A stretch of 64,000 nucleotides of DNA, taken from assembly GCA_029261875.1 (NCBI GenBank), contig JAJDAL010000034.1, positions 85,066 through 149,065 of the forward strand. Direction: 5' to 3'. Below the pieces are notes generated by a model. It made no database searches, had not been told where the DNA came from, and was given only the letters and a program-made list of their open reading frames with translations. The position numbers and the translations under genes were made by a program. This document shows positions 33,204-42,491 of this stretch, piece after piece (the first letter of the stretch is position 1; each line of letters begins with the position of its first letter). This DNA comes from Deltaproteobacteria bacterium. GTDB lineage: Bacteria > Myxococcota_A > UBA9160 > JAJDAL01.

Positions 33204-34668
33204 CCGCGAAGGGCTCCCCGTCCAGCGCGAAGCTTGCGAGCGTATCGCACTCGCCCATGGCCTTACGATCGTCGAGTGGGTCGAACTCGACGGTGTGTCG
33301 GGCGCGGCGGTCCTCGCCGATCCGCGGTTCGCCGATCTCCTCGCCCGATTGCAGTCTCCGAACGTCGAGGCCGTCATCGTCGCGGCCTTTGACCGCTTGT
33401 TTCGCCGGGGCCGCTTCGCAGATTACGCGATCCTCGACGCCTTCGCCGAGACCGAAACGCCACTCTATTCAGCCGACGGCGAACTCGATCTTACTGCGGA
33501 GACAGGCGGGCTGCTCGGTGTGCTCCGCGGCGAACTCGCTGGGATGGAACGCCGGGCCATCGCCCGCCGAACAACGGCCGGGCGTCGCCGCAAACGCCGG
33601 GAGAAGGGTGTGCGTGCCGAGGGCCCGGTTGGAATGCCGAGGGGCGTACGTTTCAACTACGATGCCGAATGCTGGGAGTACGTCTGGCCAGAGGCCGAGA
33701 AAGTACGCGAGTGCTTTCGACTCTTTCTCGGCGGTGTCCGAAATTTCCGCGAGATCCACCGGCGGACGGGGATCGGGAAGGTGTCAGACGCGTCAGCTTC
33801 GATTGGGAGACTTCTCCGCCAACCCCTCTATGCTGGGATTTATCGAGTCGATCGGACCTGGGAGGACAAGAAACCTCACCCCCTCCCGGAGTCGGAGGTC
33901 CAAGAACACGCTGTCCTTGATCCGCCCCTCGTTTCACGCGCCGACTTTGACGAAGTCCAGCGGATTCTCGCATCGCGTCGAGCGATGCGTCCCCAGCGCC
34001 GAGACCCGGAACAACTCGACGCCACGTACACAGGTCACGTGGGCTGCGCAAGCTGCAATCGGCCAGTACTCGTCCAGCGGGATTCGCGTAAGTACCTCAG
34101 CTATGCGTGCACACGCCGATCTGCCCACGACCGCTGCGGCTGGAGCGTATCGACCCGATTGGCAGACCCAAGGCTTGACGCCCAATTGGGCCTTCTCCTT
34201 GGAGACGCCGACACACTAGCGATGGTCCTTGAGGCAAGCGTTACGGAGCAGGCTCGCACGGCCAGCCTCTCAGGGCACGAGATCGCGCGGCGACTGACCG
34301 ACCTGGGAAATCGACGTGAGCGCCTGATCGACCTCTACACGCAGGGTGATATCGAGCGGCGTGATTTCGAGAAACGATCGGTCACAATATCCGACGAGCG
34401 GACCGCCCTAGAACTCATGATTGGCCGCGGAGAGCAGATCGAGCTGCCGGACGCACTAATCGAAGCACTGGTAGAAGTTTTCGGCTCCTGGGCCACTCTC
34501 GCGCGTCACCAGAAGCGCGAGCTCCTCGCCGCTTATCGAGTTGAGATTGTAGTCACCAAGCGTGGCCCTGCGCGTGGTTCCTGGCTCCGCGTCGATCGGG
34601 TACGGCTCAACGTGTTGCCCCCCGATGTGTGGCTGTACAAGAAGATGAAGCGTTTGGGGATCGAATGA
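33142..34668 (+). CDS. Large serine recombinase 2 (paralog of 25688..27214)
   Basis: IALIRVSSEAQ, VAAFDRLFRR and GELAGMERRAIARRTTAGRR, with Cys pairs CASCNR..YACTRRSAHDRCG. The C-terminus VWLYKKMKRLGIE is identical to that of recombinase 1. Confidence 0.92.
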   Translation: MSLPNAIALIRVSSEAQAGSDREGLPVQREACERIALAHGLTIVEWVELDGVSGAAVLADPRFADLLARLQSPNVEAVIVAAFDRLFRRGRFADYAILDAFAETETPLYSADGELDLTAETGGLLGVLRGELAGMERRAIARRTTAGRRRKRREKGVRAEGPVGMPRGVRFNYDAECWEYVWPEAEKVRECFRLFLGGVRNFREIHRRTGIGKVSDASASIGRLLRQPLYAGIYRVDRTWEDKKPHPLPESEVQEHAVLDPPLVSRADFDEVQRILASRRAMRPQRRDPEQLDATYTGHVGCASCNRPVLVQRDSRKYLSYACTRRSAHDRCGWSVSTRLADPRLDAQLGLLLGDADTLAMVLEASVTEQARTASLSGHEIARRLTDLGNRRERLIDLYTQGDIERRDFEKRSVTISDERTALELMIGRGEQIELPDALIEALVEVFGSWATLARHQKRELLAAYRVEIVVTKRGPARGSWLRVDRVRLNVLPPDVWLYKKMKRLGIE

Positions 34669-34906
34669 CGACGGGCGCCCGCCAGAGTACGGATCCGCCG
34701 ACGAGCGGCGCAGGTCGAGTGGTTCGTCGACCACCGTTCACAATTTCTCTCCGCATCATCACCAGTCTTTCCGAATCGTTCCCGATCGAGTTTCGGGACC
34801 TTGCGGAGTGAGCGACAAGAATTAGCAACAACGGCCGAACCGAGGCAGAATGATTCATCGCTGGCTGGCGGAGAATGACCGCGGCGCCAGTGGAGAATCG
34901 CCCCCC

Positions 34907-36874
34907 ATGCTGCATACCCGACACCGCCCGGCCCTGTTTCTTGGCATTCTGCTGTCCGTGTTCGTCCAGAGCGGCTGCGCATCCGCGCCGTGGCAACAGG
35001 AATCCAGCAACGAGATCTCCAACGTCGCCCTGATGGGTGTGGACGCGATGGAGCGTCCGACCCATCGCCAAAGCTTCGCGATGGTGGCGTTCACGCCGGA
35101 CCCCTTGGAGGACTTCAATCGCTTCAGTCTTGGCGTCACCCAGGGCTTGCTGGATTGGCTGGTCGTGCCCGTGGCGAAGGCCTGGCGCTTCGTCGCCCCC
35201 ACTCCGCTGCGACGCTCGCTCGATAACTTCGCCTACAACCTGGGTTGGCCCATCCGCTTCACCAGCCTCTTGTTACAAGGCCGCCCGCGGGATTCCGCCG
35301 TAGAGACCGGCCATTTCCTCGTCAACAGCACGCTCGGACTGGCGGGCCTGATGGATGTTGCCAAAGAGTTCGGCATCCCCACCCACCGCGAAGACATCGG
35401 ACAAGCCTTCGGGAGCTGGGGCGTGGGGCCGGGGTTCTATCTCGTCATTCCCCTCTTCGGCCCGAGCAGCGGCCGCGACCTGGTGGGCCGCGTGTTCGAC
35501 ACCGCCCTCAACCCCAGCACGTATTTCCCGGGAACGGGTTTGCTCTTCAACCTCAATGCCCTGAGCGAACGCATCGACGGATACGAGGCGCTGACCGCCA
35601 GCGAAGACGACCTCTACCTGCCGGTGCGGGCCTTTTGGTCGATCCAGCGTGTCATCGAGATCGAGGACTATCGAATCCCGCCGGACGCCTACGCGAACAG
35701 CGACCCCGAACCTTCCCTGGGGGTGCTGTTGTTGCGCGTGAAGGACGAGTCCTTCCCGCGCCAGGCCCGGGAGGATCGCGTGGTTTCCCCCAACACGGGG
35801 AAGAAAGTTCCCTATTCCCTCTGGCTGCAAGAATCCGCAGCGCCGATCGTCTACATCCTCCCCGGCATTGGTGCGCACCGCGGTTCGAGCGGCCCCGTAG
35901 CGTTGGCGGAACTGGCGTTCGATCGCGGTTATTCCGTCGCGGTGGTCAGTAGCCCCTTCCATCGCGAATTCCTGCTGACTGGGCTCTCCAACCTCTACCC
36001 CGGGTACTCTCCCAGCGACGCCGGTGATCTGTACGCGGTTCTGTCGGAAATCCACACGTCCCTGCAAGCGCAACAGCCGGGAAAGATTTCGGGGGCGCAC
36101 TTGTTGGGTTACTCCCTGGGTGGCATCGAGAGCCTGTTCATCGCCGCCCAGCAAGAGGAACGCGCGGCCGAGGGCTTGCGTTTCGACTCCGTGGTCGCCA
36201 TCAACCCGCCCGTGGATCTACGCCACGCCGCCCGAAACTTCGAACGCTATTTCGACGCCCCCCTGCGCTGGCCCTTCTTGGAGCGGGACCGCCGGGTGCT
36301 CGAAGTCGGCCTCAAGTCGTTCATGGTGGGGATCGAGGGACTCGAAAGCGGCAAGCCTCTCCCCTTCGACCGCACCGAGTCCGAGTTCCTCGTGGGCCTG
36401 GCCGCGCGCAACACCATCATCAACACCCTGAGCGCCATCGAAGATCGCACGGGCCAGGGCCTTGGCATCAAGTCCGGGCGCCCCAAGAACCGCGGCCCCT
36501 TGCTCGAGGTGGTCAACCGCAGCTCCCTCGCCCGTTACGGAGAAGAGCTGGCGCTCCCGTACCTTCTCCGCCAGCGGCCCGAGGCGACCCGGGAAATCCT
36601 CGCGGATGAAGCCAACCTGGTGGCCGTCCGTCATGCCCTCGAAAACGACGATCGAATCCGGGTCCTCACCAACGCCAATGACTTCCTATTGGACGAAGGC
36701 GACCTCGAATGGCTCCGCGAAACCCTAGGAAGTCGGCTGACCGTGTTCCCCGACGGCGGTCATCTGGGAAACCTGTACCGACCGGAGGTTCAACAAGCCG
36801 TGTTGGAGGCGTTGGATTCGTTGCGCAACGCAGACTCTAGAACAGCCGCAGCCGGAGCCACCCGCCCACACTGA
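34907..36874 (+). CDS. MlaA/VacJ-like lipoprotein domain fused to an alpha/beta-hydrolase domain
   Basis: Lipobox FVQSGC. MlaA pattern FNRFSLGVTQGLLDWLVVPVAKAW..LDNFAYNLGWPIRFTSLLLQGR..VNSTLGLAGLMDVA..FGSWGVGPGFYLVIPLFGPSSGRD. Hydrolase motifs LLGYSLGG (GxSxG) and DGGHLG near the end. Confidence 0.85.
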   Translation: MLHTRHRPALFLGILLSVFVQSGCASAPWQQESSNEISNVALMGVDAMERPTHRQSFAMVAFTPDPLEDFNRFSLGVTQGLLDWLVVPVAKAWRFVAPTPLRRSLDNFAYNLGWPIRFTSLLLQGRPRDSAVETGHFLVNSTLGLAGLMDVAKEFGIPTHREDIGQAFGSWGVGPGFYLVIPLFGPSSGRDLVGRVFDTALNPSTYFPGTGLLFNLNALSERIDGYEALTASEDDLYLPVRAFWSIQRVIEIEDYRIPPDAYANSDPEPSLGVLLLRVKDESFPRQAREDRVVSPNTGKKVPYSLWLQESAAPIVYILPGIGAHRGSSGPVALAELAFDRGYSVAVVSSPFHREFLLTGLSNLYPGYSPSDAGDLYAVLSEIHTSLQAQQPGKISGAHLLGYSLGGIESLFIAAQQEERAAEGLRFDSVVAINPPVDLRHAARNFERYFDAPLRWPFLERDRRVLEVGLKSFMVGIEGLESGKPLPFDRTESEFLVGLAARNTIINTLSAIEDRTGQGLGIKSGRPKNRGPLLEVVNRSSLARYGEELALPYLLRQRPEATREILADEANLVAVRHALENDDRIRVLTNANDFLLDEGDLEWLRETLGSRLTVFPDGGHLGNLYRPEVQQAVLEALDSLRNADSRTAAAGATRPH

Positions 36875-37484
36875 CCGCGAGGCTTCCCGCGAGCGCGAGC
36901 GCCATGTCTTTCTGGGCGTCCCAGGGGTCCCCTTGGGCCCCCACGAAGGCAACGCCGATCCCCGGGTCCACCATCACCGCGGCCGCCCATTCCATCAGTT
37001 CGTACAGGCACGAGAAGGTGGCCACGTAGCAGAACGGGAGTGTCCAGGTGAGCAGCCGGTTTCCGAAGCGAACGGCGCACAGTTGCCAAAGGGGCCAGGT
37101 CAACAGCAAGCCGAACGCCAAGTGGACCGCGCGGTCGAAATGGTTTCGCTGGGCGGTCGGTTCGAAGCCCAGCAGGTCCCGACTCCAATCCGCCCACGGA
37201 ACGAGGGAATACGTGTAGTGGCTTCCCACTTCGTGCAAGGCGAGAAACGCGAAAATGCACAACCACGAAGCCGAAGAAAAGGGCAGCCGGCGGCGCGCCA
37301 GAAACAGTCCGATCGCGAACGGGATGGCGATCAGGTTCTCGAGCAACCAGTCGCCGCGGTTGTGCGGCGCCCAGGCCAGGACCACGCACTGGATCGCGAA
37401 AGCCACGAATAGCGCCACGGGCAGCTTCGTCGAGAACCCACTGGAATAGCCCGGAACCCCGGAAGCCATAGGACCCCCCTCCAT
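36837..37484 (-). CDS. DUF2238 (YjdF-like) inner-membrane protein
   Basis: FLALHEVGSHYTYSLVPW and RNHFDRAVHLAFGLLLTWPLWQL resemble the YjdF family pattern. Confidence 0.8.
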   Translation of the reverse strand: MEGGPMASGVPGYSSGFSTKLPVALFVAFAIQCVVLAWAPHNRGDWLLENLIAIPFAIGLFLARRRLPFSSASWLCIFAFLALHEVGSHYTYSLVPWADWSRDLLGFEPTAQRNHFDRAVHLAFGLLLTWPLWQLCAVRFGNRLLTWTLPFCYVATFSCLYELMEWAAAVMVDPGIGVAFVGAQGDPWDAQKDMALALAGSLAVSVGGWLRLRLF

Positions 37485-37819
37485 GGGAAGGTATGGGGAA
37501 TGGGCTGGGATTTCGAACTCGAGGCCGGCAGCGGCTGGGAATCGAGCGCTGCTCCCGGAGCCAATCCAGAATTCTCAATTCCTTCCCGATCCAGGGGTCC
37601 ACCTAGCGCGAAGTAGATCATGGATTCCGCGCACCTATCTCATCCCCTGCGGAAACGTTGCTCCACTCCGAACCCGACGCTTCTTGATCCGCCGTGCTGA
37701 CTCACAGACAGCCAGCGAACGCAATTCATGCGACGTCTTTTCCAAGAGAACCGGTCTGGGGCGGTCAACGACGCGGGCCCGATGGCCCATGCCGCGCCCA
37801 CCTCCGATGGAGCTTCCAC

Positions 37820-40800
37820 ATGCGAACGCCTACGCGAAACCGTGCACGCCACCTCTTCTGCCTCCTCGTCGTCCCCCTCCTCCTCGCTCCGCCCGTTAAT
37901 TCAATCGCGCAAACACACGCCACCGAATCGCGACACAAGACGAATGAGTTCATCGTCAAGTTCAAGAGCGAAGGCGATCATGCGCTTCATGAATGCGCGC
38001 ATTGCTTGTTGTCACACACCAATCGCTACAAACAGTTTCGACACGCCTTGGAGAGCGAATCCAAGTCCATCGACAGCCTGAACCGGAAGTGGAAGGTCAA
38101 GGGCGCGAGGAGCGTCTTTGTCGAGCGACATGGTTTGTCATCCCTGGATGCAAATCAACTGCAGAACGAACGGAACGAACAGATCCGATCGAAGTTTCCG
38201 AAACGGGCTGCACGTGGTACGGCTAGGCATTCCACTCCCGACTTGACGAATACGTATGTCTTCGAGGTACCGGAGGGATCCGACATCGAGACGATCGTGG
38301 AGCAATACAAGAACGACCCGCACGTGGAATTCGTTCAACCCAACTACCTCCTCGTTCCGAACGACGAGACCCCGGATGTCAATGCCGCCCCACATACCTG
38401 CCCGCTCACCCAGACGCTAGGGAACCTCTACGGACTCCAATTGGCGAACGTTCCCGCGGCCTGGAATTTCAGCCAGGGAGAGGGCATCGTCGTCGGTGTC
38501 ATCGACACGGGGCTCGACGTGCATCACGATGACCTGGCCGCGAACATCTGGGTGAATCCCGGCGATTCGACCTTCGATGGCATCGACAACGACGGAAACG
38601 GAAAAGTCGATGACGTACACGGTTGGAATTTCCTGGGAAACAACAACGACCTGACGGACAGCACCGGGCACGGCACGCACGTTGCCGGAACCGTGGCCGC
38701 TGCGGACAATGGATTCGGGGTGATCGGCGTTGCGCCCAAAGCCGAGATCATGGGTTTGCGGTGTATCGGAAGCGTCGCGCAGGCGGCGTCCTGCATCTAC
38801 TACGCGGCCCAGAATGGAGCCGACGTCATCAACAACAGCTATTCCCACAGCAGCTCCGTCGTCGTCGACCCCGCCATCGAATTGGCGGTCGCCTATGCGC
38901 ACAGTCAAAACGTCCTGGTGGTTTTCGGCGCGGGCAACACCCAAGACGCGATTTTCGACTTCAGCCCACAGAACATGGGCGAGTCGGTTGCGGTGATTGC
39001 AACCGACCAGAACGATGAGAAAGCGGCCTTCTCCAACTACGGATACCTGGGCGATGTCTCGGCCCCGGGTGTCGATATTCTTTCGACCCATCCAGGCAAT
39101 CTGTGCCGGGCGCTGAGCGGCACCTCCATGGCCGCGCCCCACGTATCCGGGCTGGCCGCATTGTTGGCGAGTCACCGACCGGACCTGACGATCGAGCAGA
39201 TGAAGAGCGCAATCCGAATCGCTTCGACCGACATGGGCCCGTCGGGAACCGACCCCTATACGGGCCACGGCCGGATCGATGCGTACAGTGCATTGACGAT
39301 GCCCGCTCCCTGCGAAGCTCTGATTCGCGGGGATACGCCGAAACTGCTGCCCGACTCCGCGACCGAGATGCGGATCTATGGAACGGCCACCTGTCCGTCC
39401 TTTTCCAACTACCGATTGGAATTCTCCAACGACTTGGAGCAGTGGGATGAATTCGCCTTTTCGAATTCCCCGGTGGCGAGTGGCGAGCTGGGCGTACTGG
39501 GCGGGTTGACCTGGATCGACGGAGGCGTGATTCGATTGACCGTCGAGAGTGCCCATGGCAAACGGTTCGAAACGTACCACGAGTTCGGTTGCGAAAGCGG
39601 AAGCTGCAACGTCCTACCCGATTGCCCGGCGGGTAAGGAGTGCACGTCGGCTCAGCAAAGAAGCTATCGATGCTCCGGAGCGCTGACCCGGGAAACCTGC
39701 ACCCGAAATCCGGGCGCGTCGACGGGTTGGTGTTGGCAACCCGCCCAGGATTGCCCAGCGGATTTTTCCTGTGTCGACAATGGGCGCTGCCAATGTCCCA
39801 CTTCTCTGGAATGCGATGCCGCTTCGGATGATTTTCAATGCGGTGGAGAAAGAACCGTCGAGCAATGTCTTACGGATCCTAATTCCGCATCCGGTGCATG
39901 CTGGTACCCGGTAGCCAGCTGCCCAGATGAGAAGGTATGTACTTTGGGGGCTTGCCAGGAACCCGAGCCCGCGACGTGCCCGGGCGGTTCGACCCGAGTC
40001 TGCAACGGACTGGTCGCCGGGGAATGCGTTGGCAGTAGCGCGTTCAGAGAATGCCAGGTGTTCGACCCGGCGTCGGGCCTGCGCTGCTGGACGGATGTGC
40101 AGAGTTGTCCGGGTGCCGAGGTGTGTGGGGGTTCCGGACAATGTGCCGCACCGGCGATCAACCGTCCGCCTGTGATCACGTGGGTCCAGAATTTCGCAAC
40201 CGGCGAAGACATCACCCACGAGAGCAGCATATCGGTGGACAGCGATTCGTTTTCTGTCGTTCTTGGTGCCACCGACGACAACAACCATCTTCAGTATCCC
40301 TTCTATTGGTTCAATACGACCACCGGGCAATTGGGTCCATTCGATGCCTGCTATGGGGGTTGCGTCGAAACCGGCATCCCGTTGGTGGAAGGCGCGAACG
40401 TGATCTGGTTCATCGTGACAGATGAAAGGCCCGGCCTCGCGGGCTGGGGACTGAAGGCCATGACGGTCGACTATCAACCCCAAGTTGCGGGCCCGCAGCC
40501 CCAATGCTGGGTCTCCAGTGACATGAGTAAGCGACGCGTGGAAGAGCGGTTCCGAGTGGATATCACGTGCACTCCGGAAACGGATCGATTCATCCTGGAG
40601 AAGACCTTCGATTATCCCCCGACCGCAAGCAACGCATTCGTTCCGCAGGGCGCCACTCGTCCGCGCCCATCCGGTTCGACGGGAAACTGGACCCGGGGCT
40701 GGGGGGGAGAGTTGAGAATGGTCAAGGCCTGGGTGGGCCAGCAGTTGAGGATCAAGGCCGAAAACAGTTTCGGTTCGCAATACTTCGACGTGGGCATTCC

Positions 40801-41185
40801 GAGTGCCAGAAAGCCACGGGTCGAGATGCGCGTGGAAACGGACGGTGTTTGGGGCGGTTGGAAAAGCGGAAACGTCCACGGTGTAGAACCCGGTAGCCGA
40901 GTGCAATTCCGGATCATCAACGGAATACCGGAACAGGGTTGCAACGATACCCAGGTGGAGATCAAGTTCATTCGTCCGGGAAACGTGATCGACTGGGCCC
41001 CGTGGAAAGGCGGACAAACAACCAACGCGCTGGGCCAGGCGATGAGCGACGCGTATTCCGCCCGACTGTATGGCTCCTATGATGCGTATGAAGTCAAGCT
41101 GCGGATGCGGAGTAAAGACGGCGAGTGCAACACACCGGTTCGACACGAAATCTTCAGCAGTTCCGTCTTCTACTACAAGGACTAG
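37820..41185 (+). CDS. Secreted subtilisin-like (S8) serine protease with I9-like propeptide, Cys-rich repeat modules and large beta-rich C-region
   Basis: Catalytic triad contexts VIDTGLD, HGTHVAGTVAA and SGTSMAAPHVSGLAALL. Propeptide EFIVKFKSEG. Leader MRTPTRNRARHLFCLLVVPLLLAPPVNS. Confidence 0.9.
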   Translation: MRTPTRNRARHLFCLLVVPLLLAPPVNSIAQTHATESRHKTNEFIVKFKSEGDHALHECAHCLLSHTNRYKQFRHALESESKSIDSLNRKWKVKGARSVFVERHGLSSLDANQLQNERNEQIRSKFPKRAARGTARHSTPDLTNTYVFEVPEGSDIETIVEQYKNDPHVEFVQPNYLLVPNDETPDVNAAPHTCPLTQTLGNLYGLQLANVPAAWNFSQGEGIVVGVIDTGLDVHHDDLAANIWVNPGDSTFDGIDNDGNGKVDDVHGWNFLGNNNDLTDSTGHGTHVAGTVAAADNGFGVIGVAPKAEIMGLRCIGSVAQAASCIYYAAQNGADVINNSYSHSSSVVVDPAIELAVAYAHSQNVLVVFGAGNTQDAIFDFSPQNMGESVAVIATDQNDEKAAFSNYGYLGDVSAPGVDILSTHPGNLCRALSGTSMAAPHVSGLAALLASHRPDLTIEQMKSAIRIASTDMGPSGTDPYTGHGRIDAYSALTMPAPCEALIRGDTPKLLPDSATEMRIYGTATCPSFSNYRLEFSNDLEQWDEFAFSNSPVASGELGVLGGLTWIDGGVIRLTVESAHGKRFETYHEFGCESGSCNVLPDCPAGKECTSAQQRSYRCSGALTRETCTRNPGASTGWCWQPAQDCPADFSCVDNGRCQCPTSLECDAASDDFQCGGERTVEQCLTDPNSASGACWYPVASCPDEKVCTLGACQEPEPATCPGGSTRVCNGLVAGECVGSSAFRECQVFDPASGLRCWTDVQSCPGAEVCGGSGQCAAPAINRPPVITWVQNFATGEDITHESSISVDSDSFSVVLGATDDNNHLQYPFYWFNTTTGQLGPFDACYGGCVETGIPLVEGANVIWFIVTDERPGLAGWGLKAMTVDYQPQVAGPQPQCWVSSDMSKRRVEERFRVDITCTPETDRFILEKTFDYPPTASNAFVPQGATRPRPSGSTGNWTRGWGGELRMVKAWVGQQLRIKAENSFGSQYFDVGIPSARKPRVEMRVETDGVWGGWKSGNVHGVEPGSRVQFRIINGIPEQGCNDTQVEIKFIRPGNVIDWAPWKGGQTTNALGQAMSDAYSARLYGSYDAYEVKLRMRSKDGECNTPVRHEIFSSSVFYYKD

Positions 41186-41393
41186 TGCGCGATGCCTCGT
41201 CTTGCGGCGCAGAGCGCATCCAGAAGTCTCAATTCTGTGCCGGATTCGAGGCCGCGGGAACCAATGAAACACCCGCGATTCCGCCCTCTTGCGCCATACA
41301 CAACACAACCTGGATTCGCGTGGCCCGAATTGGGAACTCGCTATTTCTCGCCCCCGGCGACTACGATTCCACAAGGGAACGGGGTAGACGAAA

Positions 41394-42422
41394 ATGAAGC
41401 GCCGCAACGCACGACATCGGTGGGTGGTTTCAGTCGGATACGGGATCGCCGTCTTGACGCTGCCGGTGTCGAGCGCGCGCGCCGACGCAGTTCATTTCTA
41501 TCATCCCGATGGGCTGGGCACGAATGTCCTTGTGACGGATCGTAGCGGTCAGGTGGTTCGTCGATCCGCACTGGCTCCGTACGGACGGATCGGGAGCTCC
41601 GTGGACGGCGACGGAGCCGCATACATTGCAAGCGCAGACGGCCCGCGCCATCTTTTCGTCGGCGAGGAGCACGACGACGAAAGCGACCTCTCCCACCTCA
41701 ACGCGCGCTACTACGACCCGGCGGTTGGGAAGTTTCTCTCCACCGACCCGGATCTGATCGAAATGGGTGCGAGTTTCGAAGGGATGGTCCGAAACCCGAC
41801 CTACCTGAACCCAACCGCGTATGCGCTCAATCGGCCGACCACGCTAATCGATCCTTCCGGGCGTTCCGCCCATGGGCCCGTCCCTCCCCTCGACTTGACC
41901 TCGCCCCGTCTCCAGGAGCAGATCCAGGAGACGCTCGACAACACCACTTCGGTCGAAGCGGGCTTGAAGATCGGCGTATACGGAGATGCAGGCCCTGTGC
42001 GCGAAGCCTTTTCGTTCCTGCGAGAAACCGAACCCGGTTCCGACAGGATCGACCAGGTCGCCTATGAATCCGGCTTTACGGTAATCCGGCCCGTGGGCGG
42101 CGACGCGCCCAATTTCGCGGTTTCGTTCCAGGTAAACGGAACCTGGGTTTCGGTGATCCAGTGGAATTCCGAGCGGGGCACGGTCAACGAGCGGGGCGAA
42201 GTGATTCCCAGCGCCTTGGCGCTCGCCCATGAGATGCAGCACGCCCTCGATCGTGCGGAAGGCGAATCCCTGCTGGCGCAAGACGCAGGCCCCTACGACA
42301 ACGCCTACGAATACGGCGGAGTCGAGTTCGGGCAGAACCCGATCGCCGTGAGTCACGGCTTGCCAACGCGGAGTTCCCACGAGGGTTTCCCGATCTCGCT
42401 ACCGTGCCCGACCTGCCAATAG
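41394..42422 (+). CDS. Sec-signal - RHS-repeat-associated core - HExxH (metallopeptidase-like) C-terminal domain protein
   Basis: Leader WVVSVGYGIAVLTLPVSSARA. Core pattern FYHPDGLGTNVLVTDRSGQVV..APYGR..FVGEEHDDESDLSHLNARYYDPAVGKFLSTDP. C-domain with ALALAHEMQHALD. Confidence 0.8.
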   Translation: MKRRNARHRWVVSVGYGIAVLTLPVSSARADAVHFYHPDGLGTNVLVTDRSGQVVRRSALAPYGRIGSSVDGDGAAYIASADGPRHLFVGEEHDDESDLSHLNARYYDPAVGKFLSTDPDLIEMGASFEGMVRNPTYLNPTAYALNRPTTLIDPSGRSAHGPVPPLDLTSPRLQEQIQETLDNTTSVEAGLKIGVYGDAGPVREAFSFLRETEPGSDRIDQVAYESGFTVIRPVGGDAPNFAVSFQVNGTWVSVIQWNSERGTVNERGEVIPSALALAHEMQHALDRAEGESLLAQDAGPYDNAYEYGGVEFGQNPIAVSHGLPTRSSHEGFPISLPCPTCQ

Positions 42423-42491
42423 GCGCGCGCGAGAGGAAGCCCCATGCGGGTGCACTCGCCAAGCATCGCCGCTCGAGATCCGGCCGGACCG

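Larger units (their letters stand above)
32194..34668. mobile_element. Minimal serine-recombinase module (DUF5681, small ORF, recombinase); ends not defined
   Basis: Begins where the CMD gene stub breaks off. The right end lies somewhere in 34669..34906. Confidence 0.45.

Noticed and set aside
41394-42422. A T6SS or contact-dependent delivery locus for the RHS-core toxin.
   Set aside because: No VgrG, Hcp, PAAR, TpsB or long YD-repeat shell is in the window, and the protein has its own Sec-type leader.
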